Of a stretch of DNA of 64,000 nucleotides, positions 49,401 to 62,931 are shown piece by piece. The position numbers were made by a program, and so were the translations under genes. The stretch comes from Raillietiella orientalis (Eukaryota). Position 1 is the first letter of the stretch. Every line of letters begins with the position of its first letter. The stretch covers positions 1,550,001-1,614,000 of the forward strand of contig JAYWIR010000027.1 of NCBI GenBank assembly GCA_036172245.1, given 5' to 3'. The notes under the pieces were generated by a model. It did no database searches and was not told where the DNA came from. It worked only from the letters and a program-made list of their open reading frames with translations.

Positions 49401-50733
49401 GCCATTCGGGAGTTAGGAACGCTTCCCGGGATGAGGAGGAGGAGGAGGAGGGGAGTTCCGCACCCGGTCGAAAGGGTGAGCCGAACTCCGATCCGGGGCT
49501 GGCAAACCCGGAAGACGCGCACCTGTGGCGGCCGCGGTCGGGAGCTTCGCCGCTCAAGGGCCCAACCCTGTCTACACGTTGCGCGCGTTTTTCTACCCCC
49601 CCCCCCCCTTTCTGGCGGGAAGGCGTGGGGCGGGGCACTGTACTCCCCCTGCTCGGAGGAGTCCTCCTGCCCTGCGCAGCCCGGAAAGGAAGCAGAAGAG
49701 TCAGTAGCCGTTTTGCCTCGCCTCGGTCTGGCTCGACTGATGTGCTCCGGCGGACTTCCTGCGGCGGGAGGGGCGGCCCGCATTGCGGTTCCCTCCGCAG
49801 CCGGGGGGTGCCTCGGGCGGATCGAATCGGTCCTCGGTCCTCGGCGGTCGCTCCACCCTCGGAGAGCGCGCGTCCGGAACTCCAGAGAGCCTTTGTGGCT
49901 GAGCCCCACGGGCAACCGGAGGATGGCGGCTGGAAAGGTTGCAAAGCGAGCGCGCGCGCCACGGCCATCGAAGAATTCGGCAGCGCCTCCAAGGATGGGA
50001 GGGAGTGGGGGAGACACATGCACACAAGGGATTGGGGTGGAGTCCGATTTTCTGCTGCCCAGTCGAGAGGTACGGCTCGGGTCGATTACGAGGCCGCCAT
50101 AGATCAGCCCTCGGCGAAGGGGAAAGCGTGAGCCACGTAGTCAGGAAGTGCAACCAGACGCGAGCGGGGACGTGGAGTCTCGCAGAGAGCAGGAGGGGAG
50201 GGGAGAGAAGGGTAGAACAAAAAAAGAAGAAAAAAAAACTATTCGAAAATGGGCGGCGGTACTCGTGCCGCCACGCTGAGACTCGTTGGTTTCCCTGGGA
50301 TGCGGCGCATTCGATTTCGAAGGGAAGGTTCTTCCGACCGCGGACGAAGGGAAGCGCGCGCGGCGGACAAGAAGGGTGCTACGGCTCTGAAGCGACCAAA
50401 GCAGCGCTCTTGACGCGATGAGAGGCGGCGCAAGAGGTGGCCCCCGCGAGCGAAGCTGCCGGCGGCCGGAGCAAGACGTGAGAGCAACCCGTGACCGCTC
50501 CCGGCGGCTCTTCTCCTCTCGTCCCGTCAGACGTCACCACCCAGTTCTCCACGAAGTCCCCTTCCTCCCCGAACGCCAGGCTCCCCGCGCGTGTCAGCTC
50601 GCCACTGCTTGGATCGGCTCCCTCCGGCGTTGGTTCATCCAAACATTTCCTACTGTGCCACGGAAGGCCGAGCTGGTCATGCCCTTTGGGATTCTTTCGA
50701 AACAAGCCGGTCGCTGCCGCACTCGACACGACT

Positions 50734-51028
50734 TCCAGCTTCCGTCCTCTCCGTCGCCTGGAGACTGCTGCCCTGCGACGAGCGCTCAGCGTCAGGGACA
50801 TCTCGGGACGTGCTGAGGAGGGACCGAACAGCTCCCAGCCGGGATTCGAACCCGCATCCTTTCGCTGGCCGTCGAGCCGACAAGTCCGCCCACTTGACGC
50901 ACGGTGCGTGCGCACCGTTCCCCGTGTTCCCGACCGCGTGAGGGTGTGTGATCCCGTTCGGAGAACGTTCGTCCCCAGCCGGTGCGTCCGAGGATTGCTC
51001 CTTCTGCGTCGAACGCTGGACGTCGCCG
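50734..51028 (-). mobile_element. Dispersed ~295-bp repeat with Pol III B-box (tRNA-derived SINE-like), copy 1
   Basis: Reverse complement aligns along its whole length with 62932-63229; perfect B-box GGTTCGAATCC at 50852-50842. Confidence 0.65.
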
Positions 51029-54000
51029 TTCAGTTTTCAACTAGCAATAATCACGGCTCAGTCACCTCCCTTCGCACGTCCATTCCCCCCCCCCCCTCCT
51101 GCGGGACACCGCCGCTGCCTGGTCCCAATATCCTGATGAACCCAATTACCCCCACCTTCCACCGCAAGCGCGGACGTCCTCCTCCTCCCACGCTTGAGAA
51201 ACTGAGAACCAGGTAGGGTCGCGTACCACCGAAATGGACGCACGTCACTCGGCAGCCCAAGCGCAATTTTTCTGCTTTCCGTTTCGAGACGCGTGCGCAC
51301 GCGCCATGCAAGCCCGGAGCCTCGTACGCCGCTGCCCCTCTTCCGAGGCGGGACCCTCGAGAGCGCGTCCTCTTTCGGACGGAAGGAAAGAGAACGGCCG
51401 CTTCGGTATCGTGGGCCCACGAACGGGACTCGGCTCTTCCCAGAGGTGCCGGATGACCCCTCGCCCTCGCCGTCTGACCGCGCGCAAACCTGGAAGCCGG
51501 AGCCGAGAAGACTCGACTCTTCAGGCACGTGGCAGCGTGATAGACGCCGCCGCTTCCGACTACCCACGCCAAGGTGCGGGTCGAGAAGGGCCGCGCAAGC
51601 CCCCCCCCTCCCCATGGAGCAATCGCTCGAGGGCCGCGCCTCTTCGCTCTCGATGGCGAAGAGTAGTTTCTGAATGGTCCTCCGCGACGCCCCGGTGCAG
51701 CACGGACCGGAAAGCCATCGAAACAAACAAAAAAGTGCACCACACGGGTGGGGTGCGCCTGATCCCTCCCTCACCGGTGCAAGGGTTGGCGAGAGAAAAG
51801 GCGCGCCATTCTCTAGTCGCCACAAAGGTCTCTCCCGCTCCTCGCCGCAACCGTGACAGATGCGTGAAAGTCCTTGGTGGCGGGTTGGACAATGGCGCCA
51901 CCTAAATCACACGAACCTGAGGCTTAACCGTGATTCGCACCAGACACCCCTCTTTTGTCCCCACTCGAGCTGCCGCTCACAGGGGCTGCGGCCTCCGAGG
52001 TTTCCGGGATCGTCTTCCGCGCAACTACAGTTTCGCACTCAGATGGGAGGCGGGGGGATGTAAGTCCGGTCGCGAGGGCGCGGTGATCCGAGGGTCGACC
52101 TCGATCCGCGTCCGTCGGTCGAAGATCCGCATTGCATTTTCGCGCGAGCGTCCGTCGTCCGCTACTGCTCCTTCCCCTTGGAGAAGAAAGAGCACCACGG
52201 AGACCGCGAGCCGAAGAGGGCCCCCGACGGCAGGAGCGGGACCGGAGGTGTCTTCAGCGTGCGGATGGAACAGCGCTCGGCAGCTGCATCCGTCTCCTTG
52301 GACGCAAAGATGAGGTGCGCGAGCGCGGTGAGAGAGCTCAGCTCTCCAGTGCCAAACTGAAGTGTGGCGCAAGGGCTGGAGATCCTAAGGCCACAACTTG
52401 GAAGGAGGAGGCCTTTTCGAGTTGCCTCCAGAATCTAATACATCTCCATGTATACTGGACCTATAGGTTGGGACACCTTCTGGGCAAAGGAACCCAAGAA
52501 CAGCTGGCACGCATGGTGCTGAAGAACTCTTCGCCCCCTTGGGGGAAAGGGGAGAGGGAGAGGCTGCTAGAGCTCTTTAACGCTGTCCACGCCACCCGAG
52601 GGTGCGTGTCACTCTTTCATGTCAGGAGATGATCCCGGAGGGACCGTCCTCCGGGATCCAGGGAGGCTCCGGAGGAAGGAGACCGTTCCTCTCACGCTTG
52701 GAAAGGAACCTAGACGGGAACTACCTCTTCCTCATTCTCTTTGGAGGGACCACCCGGAGAGAGGGCATCATCATTCCTCATTCATTTTCCAAAGAGAACC
52801 AGGAAAGGATCCTCTCCTGAAGTTTCTTCTCAGGAGGGAATCCGCAAGGGAACCGCTCCTTGTTGGAGCTCTCCTGAAGAGGACCCCGGAGGGACGCGTC
52901 CAAGAACGGCTGGCACTGGCCAACTGATGCGGATGGAAAAGACGCACGGGGATCAAAGAGGAAAGAGAGCTGGTATTTTCCTCCTATTCTTCAGAATCCT
53001 CAAGCCCTGCCCGCAAGAGGTCTGGCACCACCTTCAAGAACCTTCCGTGAGAGATCCAATACGGGTGGAGCATTCAGTGATCTTCCGAGCGTCTTCCAAG
53101 CAATGGAGCCCGAACCTAGGCAGTGCCAGAGGGAAACAGCTGCCTCCGACCTTTAAACCCTCACGGAACCGCAAACCAATGAAGCAGGCGTGGGCAAACG
53201 AGGTTGAGACCCCCCAGCGTCCAGCAGAAGCGAGCAAAAATCCCTTGCCTCGGAGCGAGGAAACAGCGAGGAAGCTGCGCGCGGGGGGGGGATCCTCTCC
53301 TTCCTCCTCCCTCCCCAGCACTGCTCCGTACAACCACGAACGTTTCAGGAAGAAAATCTTTCGCACCCGGTCATCCGGTCACCAGCCGCCACCACCGACT
53401 TCCGTGCAGCGCTGCCGCATAGCACGCGCGAACCGCCGCAGACTCGCGCGCACGAAACGGAACGCAGGCCGGGCTGTCGTTCCTGACCTGCAGCAAGGAG
53501 AAGCCGCTGCGCTTTCTCATTGAGGGGAAGGAGCTTCTGCTGCTGGGTTTCCCCGTATGCGCAACGAAGATGGCAGAGATCCTCCGGACCTGACCGGGGA
53601 AAGCGGCCGTTCCGTCGCCCGCCCGCATAGAACGCGGAGAACAAGCAATCGAAGCGAATCGAGCGGAGAAACGCTGGAGACGGCTTCCAAGCCGATTTCC
53701 GAACAGGGAGGCGAAGTTTTTGCCTTAGGAGGGCGCCAGACCTCCACGCGTTCTGGCGACTGCGAACCGCACGGTTCCTCCGCGCAGCACATCACTGCAG
53801 GAGAGAACGGGCGAAGAGAGGCGGGCGCGTCCTCGCTCGTTCTCTCGCACGCACCCCCCTCGTGCGCTCCCCGGGAGAAGTTCTGGAGGCGGCGCGGAAC
53901 CATCACCTTCGCGAAAGACTGCAGCGACGGGAGGGCGCGGACTGGAGGGTGGATGACAGAACGCGGCACGAAGACTTCGGCAGCGCGCCTCTGGAGGAAT

Positions 54001-57000
54001 GCCGCTGCAAAAAAGAGAGAGGGGGGGGGGTCTGATGACGTTCCCCTCCGGACGGAGGCAGGGCTTGGGAGGGGGGCTACGTCCTCTTGGCGTAGGTGCT
54101 GAGAAGCCGAAGAAGGGGAAGTCAGGGAGGTCGCACCCGCCTGCGCGCTTTCCATCGTACAGGTCGTCCGAGATGGTGAGCACCTTTTGTCGATCCTCCA
54201 CTGCGCGCGGCCCGATGAAACCTCCCAAGCGAGGAGGGAAGAGCCAGATTTCTCCTTCTCTGTTTGACTGGGTTGCTTGCTGTTCGTGCAAGCGGCGGGA
54301 GTTTGTTTGTTTAGAACCAGCCCTGTGGGCATGGCGGAAGAAGGAGACTGACAGACGGTGTTGAGGTAAGGGGGGCCGGGGCAAAAAAAAAAACATAATC
54401 TTTCTCTCTCTCAGTAGGTGCGGAACGTAACCGGGCAAAGCAGACGGGCGAGCGGACGGGAAGAAGGGCGAGCGTCGTCGTCGTCACGTGCAGGACGACG
54501 GGAAAGGGAGGGCTGGGATGCGCGTCTCGCCATCCATGGAAGCGAGTCGCAAGAAAGTGTTGTGTCGAGCCCGGGGTGAAGGTGCAAGCAACCCGGAAGC
54601 GATTGCTGCGGTTTATTTAACAGGGCACTACAACAACAACAACAAAACAAAACAAACCCACTCGAGAAGACTCGAGAAGATCACAGCTTGCAGATTCTCT
54701 TGGAAAATCTCAAAGCTGTCGAAGCCTTTCACAACTTCGACCTGTGGTCGGGGAAAAAGGGGGGGGGGAGATACGCAACTCCACCGGAGAGAGAGGGGGG
54801 GAGGGGAGGCACGCAAGAAGAAACATGAAAGATAAATTACGATACACCTAACAATACATTACAGTCCATACATCAAGAGACATGACTTTATACGGACCAA
54901 GAAAGAAACTAATAACCAAAAAAAAAAAAGGAGAGGGGAAACGGGCGGGAGATTTCTTGAAACGGACTGACGTGTGTCTGTGGTCATGGCTCGGAAGAAC
55001 TCGGAAGAAAGTGACATCTCGAACGAAAAGGAGCACGGCTACCAGGAGGTGCCGGATCTGCGCCGTGTCTGCCCCCCTTCCCTCTCCCTCCCCCCCAGGC
55101 AGCTTTGAAAGCGGCCGCTGGAGAAAGTTCGGGCGTACGCGGAGACGAAGAGAGGATCGGCGAAGAGGAGGGCTTCGAGGAACTCAGAAGCGCTCGATCG
55201 CGCGTGCGCAGGACACATGAAAAGTAGACGAGGACCAGTCGGGAGAATCACGACGCGCGCACGGTGGACGCGCGGTCACCATCCGAGAGCAGTATGGGGG
55301 TTCTTCCTCACCCCCACTCCCTTCGTGACAAACATCCGGAGGAGCGATGCATCCTGCGAGTGCACGGCACAAAACGTGAGCCGGGACACCTGTTCGATGC
55401 CGAACACCTCCGACTTGTGGACCGCGGATTCATTCACATGACGTGGCGAAATGTCCACTGGGAAACGGGAGAGGGAGCGGATCGCCTGCCTCCTCCTCCC
55501 CAAGCCGTGGACAACGAAAGGCACGATGAACCGGAGACCGTCCAACGAGAGGGGACCAGCCTGGGACCCTGGGGGTTGGTAGCCTAACGGATTCGCAGCC
55601 TGAGGACAGATCCGGTGCTCCGCTGCGGAGGGAAGGGGGCGACAGCCGTCGTGCACTCCCCGCGACGGCGGCGACCAGCAGCCGCTACGGGCAGCCAGCC
55701 ATCCCGATGGCACGCTCTTCCCCGCCCGTCCGAAAGAGCCTCCGCTGCAACGCCCGCCATCGCCGCCGGAGGAGCGCCCGCGACAGCAGGGGCGTTCTCC
55801 GCAGGGTCCCTGAGAATCCGAGGAACGACGAGCCGCCGAGGGGACCGCCGAAGAGACGCAGTGCCGCAAATGGGATGACGCTGGCAGCACCGCCCCTTCG
55901 CGACGGCGGGTCGAAGGGGAAAGACGAGGCCGAGCAGGTGGTGGTGGACATTTTCCCTACCGGTCTCCCGCAACCTCACCCCCCGTCCGGATCATAATGG
56001 ACAACGTCACGATCGCTGACCGGGCCCGAAAGGCGAGAGGTGGAGTTTCCGACGGGCACCTTCAGCCTGGGTCTCGAACACAAGCAGCCGGTGGCACACG
56101 GAGAAGCAAAAGGTGCCACGGGGCACGTTCGAAAGGCAGGTACGTCTCGTTCCCGAGACTGGGTTTTTCCTACGGCCAGAGGGTGTCCGGTGATGAAAAA
56201 GTGCCCTCAGTCTGGAGGAGGAGCGTCATGTAAAAGGCCTGCCGGGATGAATCGCGGCGTCTTCCTGTGACGATTCCGGAGAAACCGATGGACCCCGGGG
56301 CGGATGAAGCTGAGATGTGGAAGAGCGTCGCTTGCCCGTTACCGGAGGATCCGGAGCCCGAAGGAGGAAGCCACCTTCTCAAGAAGCACAGGAAGAGGTT
56401 GCGGTTCCGCGAGAGGCAGGCCTACAGTTTGATCTTTCGTGACGGCCACCCTCAGGTCACACACTGAGCGACTGCCGGCATCTTCCGTAGTCCGTGGATC
56501 CTGCCACAGGTCAGGTCTCCCTGCACAGGGGAATCGGGAACCGTCGGGACGTCTTCGCCGCCAGCAGATGGCTGCTGGGAAGGAAAGCCGCGCGCAGTCC
56601 GGGTGGGAGAGGGAGACGCTCGGTCAAGGCAAGGAAAGTTTCTGCGGAAACGGTCAAAACCGACCCGCTCAACGGCTAGCATCTGGATCACGCCCAGCCC
56701 CCGGGGGTTGGGCGCTGCGCGCTCCGACGCGGGTGACGGGCAGGCGGCGGATTCCCGGGGAGAATTCTGCAAAGAAACGAAAGGGGGAACGTCCCGCGGC
56801 ATCGCTCACGGCGGCTGGCGCAGTTTGGCGGCCAGTCGGAAGGCGAAGCTCGTCGCAGCGGCGAAAACGAAAGTCCCAGCGGCGGCTGTCCACTAGCGCT
56901 GCCTACTCAGTGGCCACGGCCCAAAAGAACGCCATCATGAAGCCAACGTTTTGGTTATAGGAATCAGACGGGTGACGACCGAGGATGCCTTTTAAAATAA

Positions 57001-60000
57001 GTCGGATGCGCAAACAAAATAATAAGAAGGAAAACACGAAAAGACAAACGGGAAAAAAATGAGGAAGACGGCTCGAACCTTAATGGCAAGGCGGATCCAG
57101 AATACCGATGCTGTGAGGATTCCAGTTGAAACGGCTGAAAAGAGAGAGAGGGGGGGAGAGAGAAAAAACGATGCTGCTTACTGATCTAATTGCATCTGCA
57201 CTTAAGCGGTTACGGAAAATGTTTGTACATTTAGCAGCTGAATCAACTGGTTTCCGACTGCAAATCCGCAGTTTCCACACACGGCACATTTTTTTTTTTT
57301 TTTCCAAAAGACACATTTTTTTTTTTACATACGCATTCCGTATACACTTTGCTTCGCGTACTAATTAGCTCTTTCAACGTTTGTCGCCCAGACTCCTTCC
57401 TCGTGTGACGAAAACACGGAATGCTGACTTACTAGAGAACACGCAGGCTGCGAATCGCACTCTTCATCGGCTCACAAAAGCACAAGCACGAAGGGCAAAG
57501 CAGTCGGCGCACGTACTGAGACTCCCACTGTTAAGGCCAGAAATCAAGAGCGAATCTCATTGCACAACTTTCACTGCAGCTCCCGGCGCCCGATGGATTC
57601 CGAGGAGGGAGGCGGAAAAAGCACGCGGCTGCTGCTGCAGCAGCAGCAGCAGCAGCAACCGATGGTGGTTGGTGCTCCGAGGAGCGGAGGGCCACAGGCC
57701 CCTTGGGAAGTTCTTTCGCTGGAACACCATGGCCCGAACGCATGCCACCGGGCGAATTCGGGTGCAGACACGGGGAACTCCGTCCACAATTAAGTCGAAC
57801 CCACGGAACTCGAGCGGCTGCAAGCAGGGCGATTCGAACGCGCACGCGACAGCCGCTAATGGCATCCGGGCATCACCCGTCGGCACGCGGGAACGAACAC
57901 CACACGGGTAGGTTCCACAATCCCTTCGCACGTTACGCATCGAATTGGGACTCGTTTTCTGGAAGACGAATCACATCACACACCGAACACGATGCTGGGC
58001 AGTCAGTATAGGAAAGATCTTGCATAGACGAGAGAGAGCGCGTAAACGGGGAGGGGGGGGGAGCGCTATGCAGCAATGCAAGAAACATCTCGACGCGTTC
58101 GGCGAGACGGCCGAATTCGAACTCTGAGCCGAATTTGGAAACCAACCATTTTCGACTCTTTGACAAAATTCGCATGCTTTCCAGTTACAATATATGTATA
58201 CATGTATACATCACACGTAAAAGAATCTGCCCAATCGCTGTGCGGTATTAACAGTAAAATCACTAGGGAGGAATATCCTTTCATAAATACGATTCACTCT
58301 TAATGGAACCGTGGAAAAAAAAACATGATTTCAACTTACACACATTAATCACTGACTTACCTGAGAATCATCTCTGTTTACGGAACAAAAAATATTTCTA
58401 CAAACATGTACAAAGTTTATCGCGATCCCGCGACGCATCTACGCTGGAAGCAGACATATTTGTGACGTCACGTCAAAACAAACGGGCAAGACTTCTTTCA
58501 CGTTGCACCCGTCCATCGGGCAAAAAATAAAAAAAAAAGTCACCAAAAGAAAGCGGAAAAAAATCAAAGAATTTTTGATATGTACATAAATATTCTCTTT
58601 CATTTTCTCACTTGACGATTATTAATCGAGGCGCTGAAATGTATCGACAAGCACGGCAGGTTAATTACACAGGCTAACCCTGAACCTTCTAAATGCTTCA
58701 TTGTACGTGTTGTCAGATTAGTTGAATTGTAAAATGAAATAGGAATTCAGAAAAGTAAAATTTAGATTGCAAAATTCCTTTTGTAACTTCAAGGGGAAAG
58801 TTTTTCTTTTTTTTTTCTTCTTTCTTTCTTTCTTTTCTTTTCTTTTCTTTTCTTTTTCTTTTTTTGTCTAAATGAAAGTATTGGGAGAACGATCGCTGAA
58901 ACATATCCAAGTTTCGTCTGCATGTAGATAACTAATATGCACATATGCATAAATTATCCTGAACGCAGGTCCCGGTAAGTACTTAGCGCCTTGGAATGCT
59001 TGCATCCTTTCGATTCTTCAAGTTGCCTGCGTTTCTCGAAGACCATTTTTTGGGACGGACCCTTCGTGCGCGACAACGCTTTTCGTTTGGACCAGATATT
59101 CGCCGAATCCGATCCACGGACGTTCGTCATTATTAATCAGTCACACTATCGTTTTTTTAAAAAAAATATATATATATGTATATGTAGTTGTCGTTTTTCT
59201 TCTTTTTTTGTTTGTTTCTAATTCTCGCTGAACGCTTGCCAGTTTATGAGGACTGAGCTGAAGACCATGCTGGTAGCACTCCATGGACTCAGGGGCGGCG
59301 GAGAAATCCAATGCCAACCCACAGCCCCTGTCTTTATCGATCGCTTTTCTCGTTGTTTTCTTGATTTTTTTTTTTTAAGGTGAACTTCGTGATCTTCAGA
59401 ACACCTTGATCTCTCGGTGGGACGCACCCCTTTCACTCCTGGAGTGGATGCAGTTCCTTCCTGCGTTCCTCCCCCGCAACTCCTCGTTTGAACCACGAGG
59501 TATTTATTTTTGCCGGGCGCCTGGTTCATTCACTTTCACTGATAACCGTGAGTGCCCGGCGATAGCGTCCCTGAGTTTATCATCGTCGGTGCCCCTGGAT
59601 ACGCTTCCAGGAGGAACCGCACGGCCTGCTCGCACGCGCATGCGCGCGCGCGCGCGCGTGGTTCCCTCGCTGCCGGTCCGCACCGATGCCGCGGCTGGAG
59701 ACGAAGGGGGGGGGGGGTTCAGCGTATGTGCATACGCGTAATGGCCGCCGCCCGAAAAAAGCGCGACCTCCCGGTGGACGCGACGCGAGAGCACGAGTTG
59801 ACCTCGAAAGCAGAAGTGGCGCCCCAGTGAAGTGACCCCACGCATGCGCTCCAATTAGAAAGAACGAAGAAGAAAAAAAAAAGAAAACCGGAGAGAGCGA
59901 AGTGACCTGGAAAGCGAAGCCGCGGAGGAGCAGTCGGTAGACTCGAAAGGGAAAAAGGCGCTGGGGTTCGTGGGATCTGGGCCCTTCTCGGCAACGTGGG

Positions 60001-60132
60001 AGGAGGGGGAGAGATTGCCCCCGTTCGAGGGGCTGTCCGCCGTCAGAGGGGGAGGCTGCAGACGTCGTCTCCTCTCCCAGATCCCCAACGCTAGGCGAAG
60101 GCAGCTCCGGCGCCGGCGAACGTCTAAACCTC

Positions 60133-60165
60133 AGGAGAATTGAAGGAGAATTGAAGGAGAATTGA
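60133..60165. repeat. 11-bp tandem repeat x3
   Basis: AGGAGAATTGA x3. Confidence 0.9.
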
Positions 60166-61010
60166 GGAGGAGCGGCGCCGCGAGCAGCGGGCGGGCGAAC
60201 ATCCAGGAGAAGTCGGTCGACCGCGTCCTCCTAAGGGTGGAAGGATGCCACCCATCCCTTTTTCCCGCTCCGTCTTCCAGCCTGGGAGGAACACAGAACC
60301 GGAGGGCACGGCCCACCATCGGGGATCAGCCGTCGAGCAGCAGAAAAAAAGACCCCAAGAGAAGGAGAGTCCAAACAGAAGGGGAGGGGAAGGGTCGCTT
60401 CCGAGCACCCTCCTGCAGGATGAGTTCCGGGCGCCACCAGGTGGACCAGCCGGGATGACACGGGCAGACCGGCGAGCAACATGGGACGGAGGCCCCGAGG
60501 CAGCGAATTCCTTCCCTTCATGTCGATGGGGCTCGGCCGAGAGAGGGGTCGGCAGAAAGGACGTTGGGGCGTTCCTTGTGATGCAGGTGGGCGGACTGCG
60601 TCCATGCCGCGGGCGGGAAGCCGAAGGGGTCGTCGCCAGGTGCTTGCAAGGGGCCACCCCTCCTCATCCCGCTTTTCCTCGCCGGCCTTTTGACCAACGC
60701 CGCCGGAGGGAGGCAGGGAACCGCATTGCCTTGGGGAGAAGGGCGGTCCACGCCCAGACGGCGACTTCTGCTCCCCCGCAATGAGAGAGGCAGCGACGTC
60801 CGCCGTCGTCCATCCTCGTGGCAACCTGGATCTTCCTGCCGGAAGGAAGGGAAGAGGGGGAGGGGTCCAAGAGCGCGCTGGCCTGATATGCAGACTCTCT
60901 CGCTCTAAGCCAGCCCTGTTTCGGAAGCACCTGAGACCCCGGTCTGACTGCCACACCGGCGGCGGGGCCGGAAGAGTTGCAACTATGGCAACCCTCTCCT
61001 GCAGCAGCGG

Positions 61011-61098
61011 AGTTCCGTGGCGCTGATCCCCTTAAACCCGTCGCGCTGATCTCCAAAGTTTCGTGGCGCTGATCCTTTGGAATCCGCCGCTCTGATCC
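61011..61098. repeat. Degenerate 23-bp-period minisatellite, 4 units
   Basis: CTGATC core at 61023, 61046, 61069 and 61092. Confidence 0.8.
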
Positions 61099-62931
61099 GT
61101 GTCTCCGCCTGGAATGAAGGGTTATCGTTGCCCTCACGCGGGTGAGGAAGGGAACACCTATCTGGAGATACAAAGAAGGCTCAACGGCGTCTCTGGAGGG
61201 GAGAGCAGAACGAACGTTTCCTAGAGCGAGACTGCAAGCATTCCCCTGGACAGGGATGACTCACGACGCCGAAGACTCACGCAGCGGGCCCGTTCGCTCC
61301 CCCGCCTTTGCCCGCAGCACGTGCTTCTTCGGAGCCGCGTGCAAATTGCACGTGCCCCGCATTGTCTGGAGACTCGTCCGGGACTCCGCATCTCCCGGCC
61401 GTTCGTGGAGCGACTGGCTCTCCGTGTCGGTAGAGGTGACCACGTCCTTCGCTGTTGGGTGCTCGGAGCCCTTCCTGGTTTCGCTCGATCGCTCCGTGTT
61501 AAGGATGTGCTGAGTGCGCGGGCGCACGAGCGGGCTCTTTCTGCGCCCAGGATCGCCCCTTTTTCCCTGCCTAAAGACCGAATGGTTCTCTCCCGAAGGC
61601 TTCTGGACCAGCTCTCGGAGGTGCTTTCTCCGCCCGCGGTGATGAAGGCCTCCCGGAGCACGAGCAAGGCAGAAAGTTCTCCAGAAAAGCCTTGGGACAC
61701 GGGACGCCACGAGAGGAAAGAGCGAGAGCGTTGGTGGTGCTCCTTCGATTGTCAGAATGAGATGCGGTGAGCGCTGGCAGCGTTCGGCGAGAAGAGGTCG
61801 ACTGGTCCCGAAGTGGCGGCCTAAGAGGGTCCAGCCAAACCGGCCAGAACCCGCTCGCTCTTGCAGCTCTCGTCCTGCGGAGGGCTATCAGGGACGGCGG
61901 GAGTTCCCTTGGGAAATGCGAGGATCTTCGAAGGGAGACCGGAAGCCACCAAAGGGTGAAGCTGACCGCCGTAGGGGCAGTCCTCGTGAGGGAAGGACAG
62001 ACTTAGAGGCGGGCTCCGGGGCGCCACCGAGGCGAGAAGATGCGCAGGAAGATCTCGGAACATCCGTACTTGCTACCTTCCACCCGCGTGCCTTCGCGTA
62101 TCTCTCGGGGGGTCAGGGAGGAGCATCAAGAGAGGCCGGGAGCGAAGGGGACAGGGAGAAAAGGGGATGCCAAGACGCGGACCGCCGCGGATGGCATGCA
62201 GCCATGTCCGACAGAGCACATAGTGCAAGAGAGAACCAGCAGGAAGCACTCAGCAAGATAAGAGGGAGGTCATTGTCTGAGACTGCGCCAACGAGAAAGG
62301 TCAGTGTGCCGAAGACGCGTGCATCCCTACACCGAGGTCACGGCTAGAGCCGCTGACCCCCAGTCCGCATGCGTAGATCCCGTCTGGAGGACGGGGAGCC
62401 AGGGAACGGCCACTCGCCCTCCTGCCGTCCTCCACATGTCAGCACGAGGAGGAACTTCCGGTCTGCGCACGACCCAGGGGCCGCCGTCCGACCTCCTCCT
62501 TTTGTAAGAGGCGCTTCCGGAACCGTCGGCCCGGTCACCCGGTGCGGGGTCGCACGCGCTCGCGAGCCGCCTCAGCAGAAGATGCCGCGGCGTGCGGCGT
62601 GTCGGGGGCGTCTGCCGGGACGCACCATCCCAGCGACAGGCGCCTTTGGCACGGGAGTGTCCCTCGAGCGGAAGGAGACGGCCCAGGCGGAAGCGTCCTG
62701 TCGTCCCGCGACGCGCCTCCGCCTTTGCCCGGTCGGGGTCGTGCCGCTGCCGCGCGCTGAGGGGGAGGCATCGCCCGGAAGCGCACCGGCGGCAGCGTTC
62801 CCGGAGGAGAGGAGGAGGCGTCGCGCGCTCCCTCCCCACGCCCTCAGCCGGAAGCCCGGCAAAGGCCCGCCCGCGCGCGCGCGATCGCGGCGGACTCTTT
62901 GTGGTCCCGCGTTCCCCTCCCGCGTATGCGG

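Noticed and set aside
50830..50910. Functional tRNA gene
   Set aside because: A B-box and T-arm are present but I could not fold a convincing acceptor stem or anticodon arm; it is embedded in a dispersed repeat
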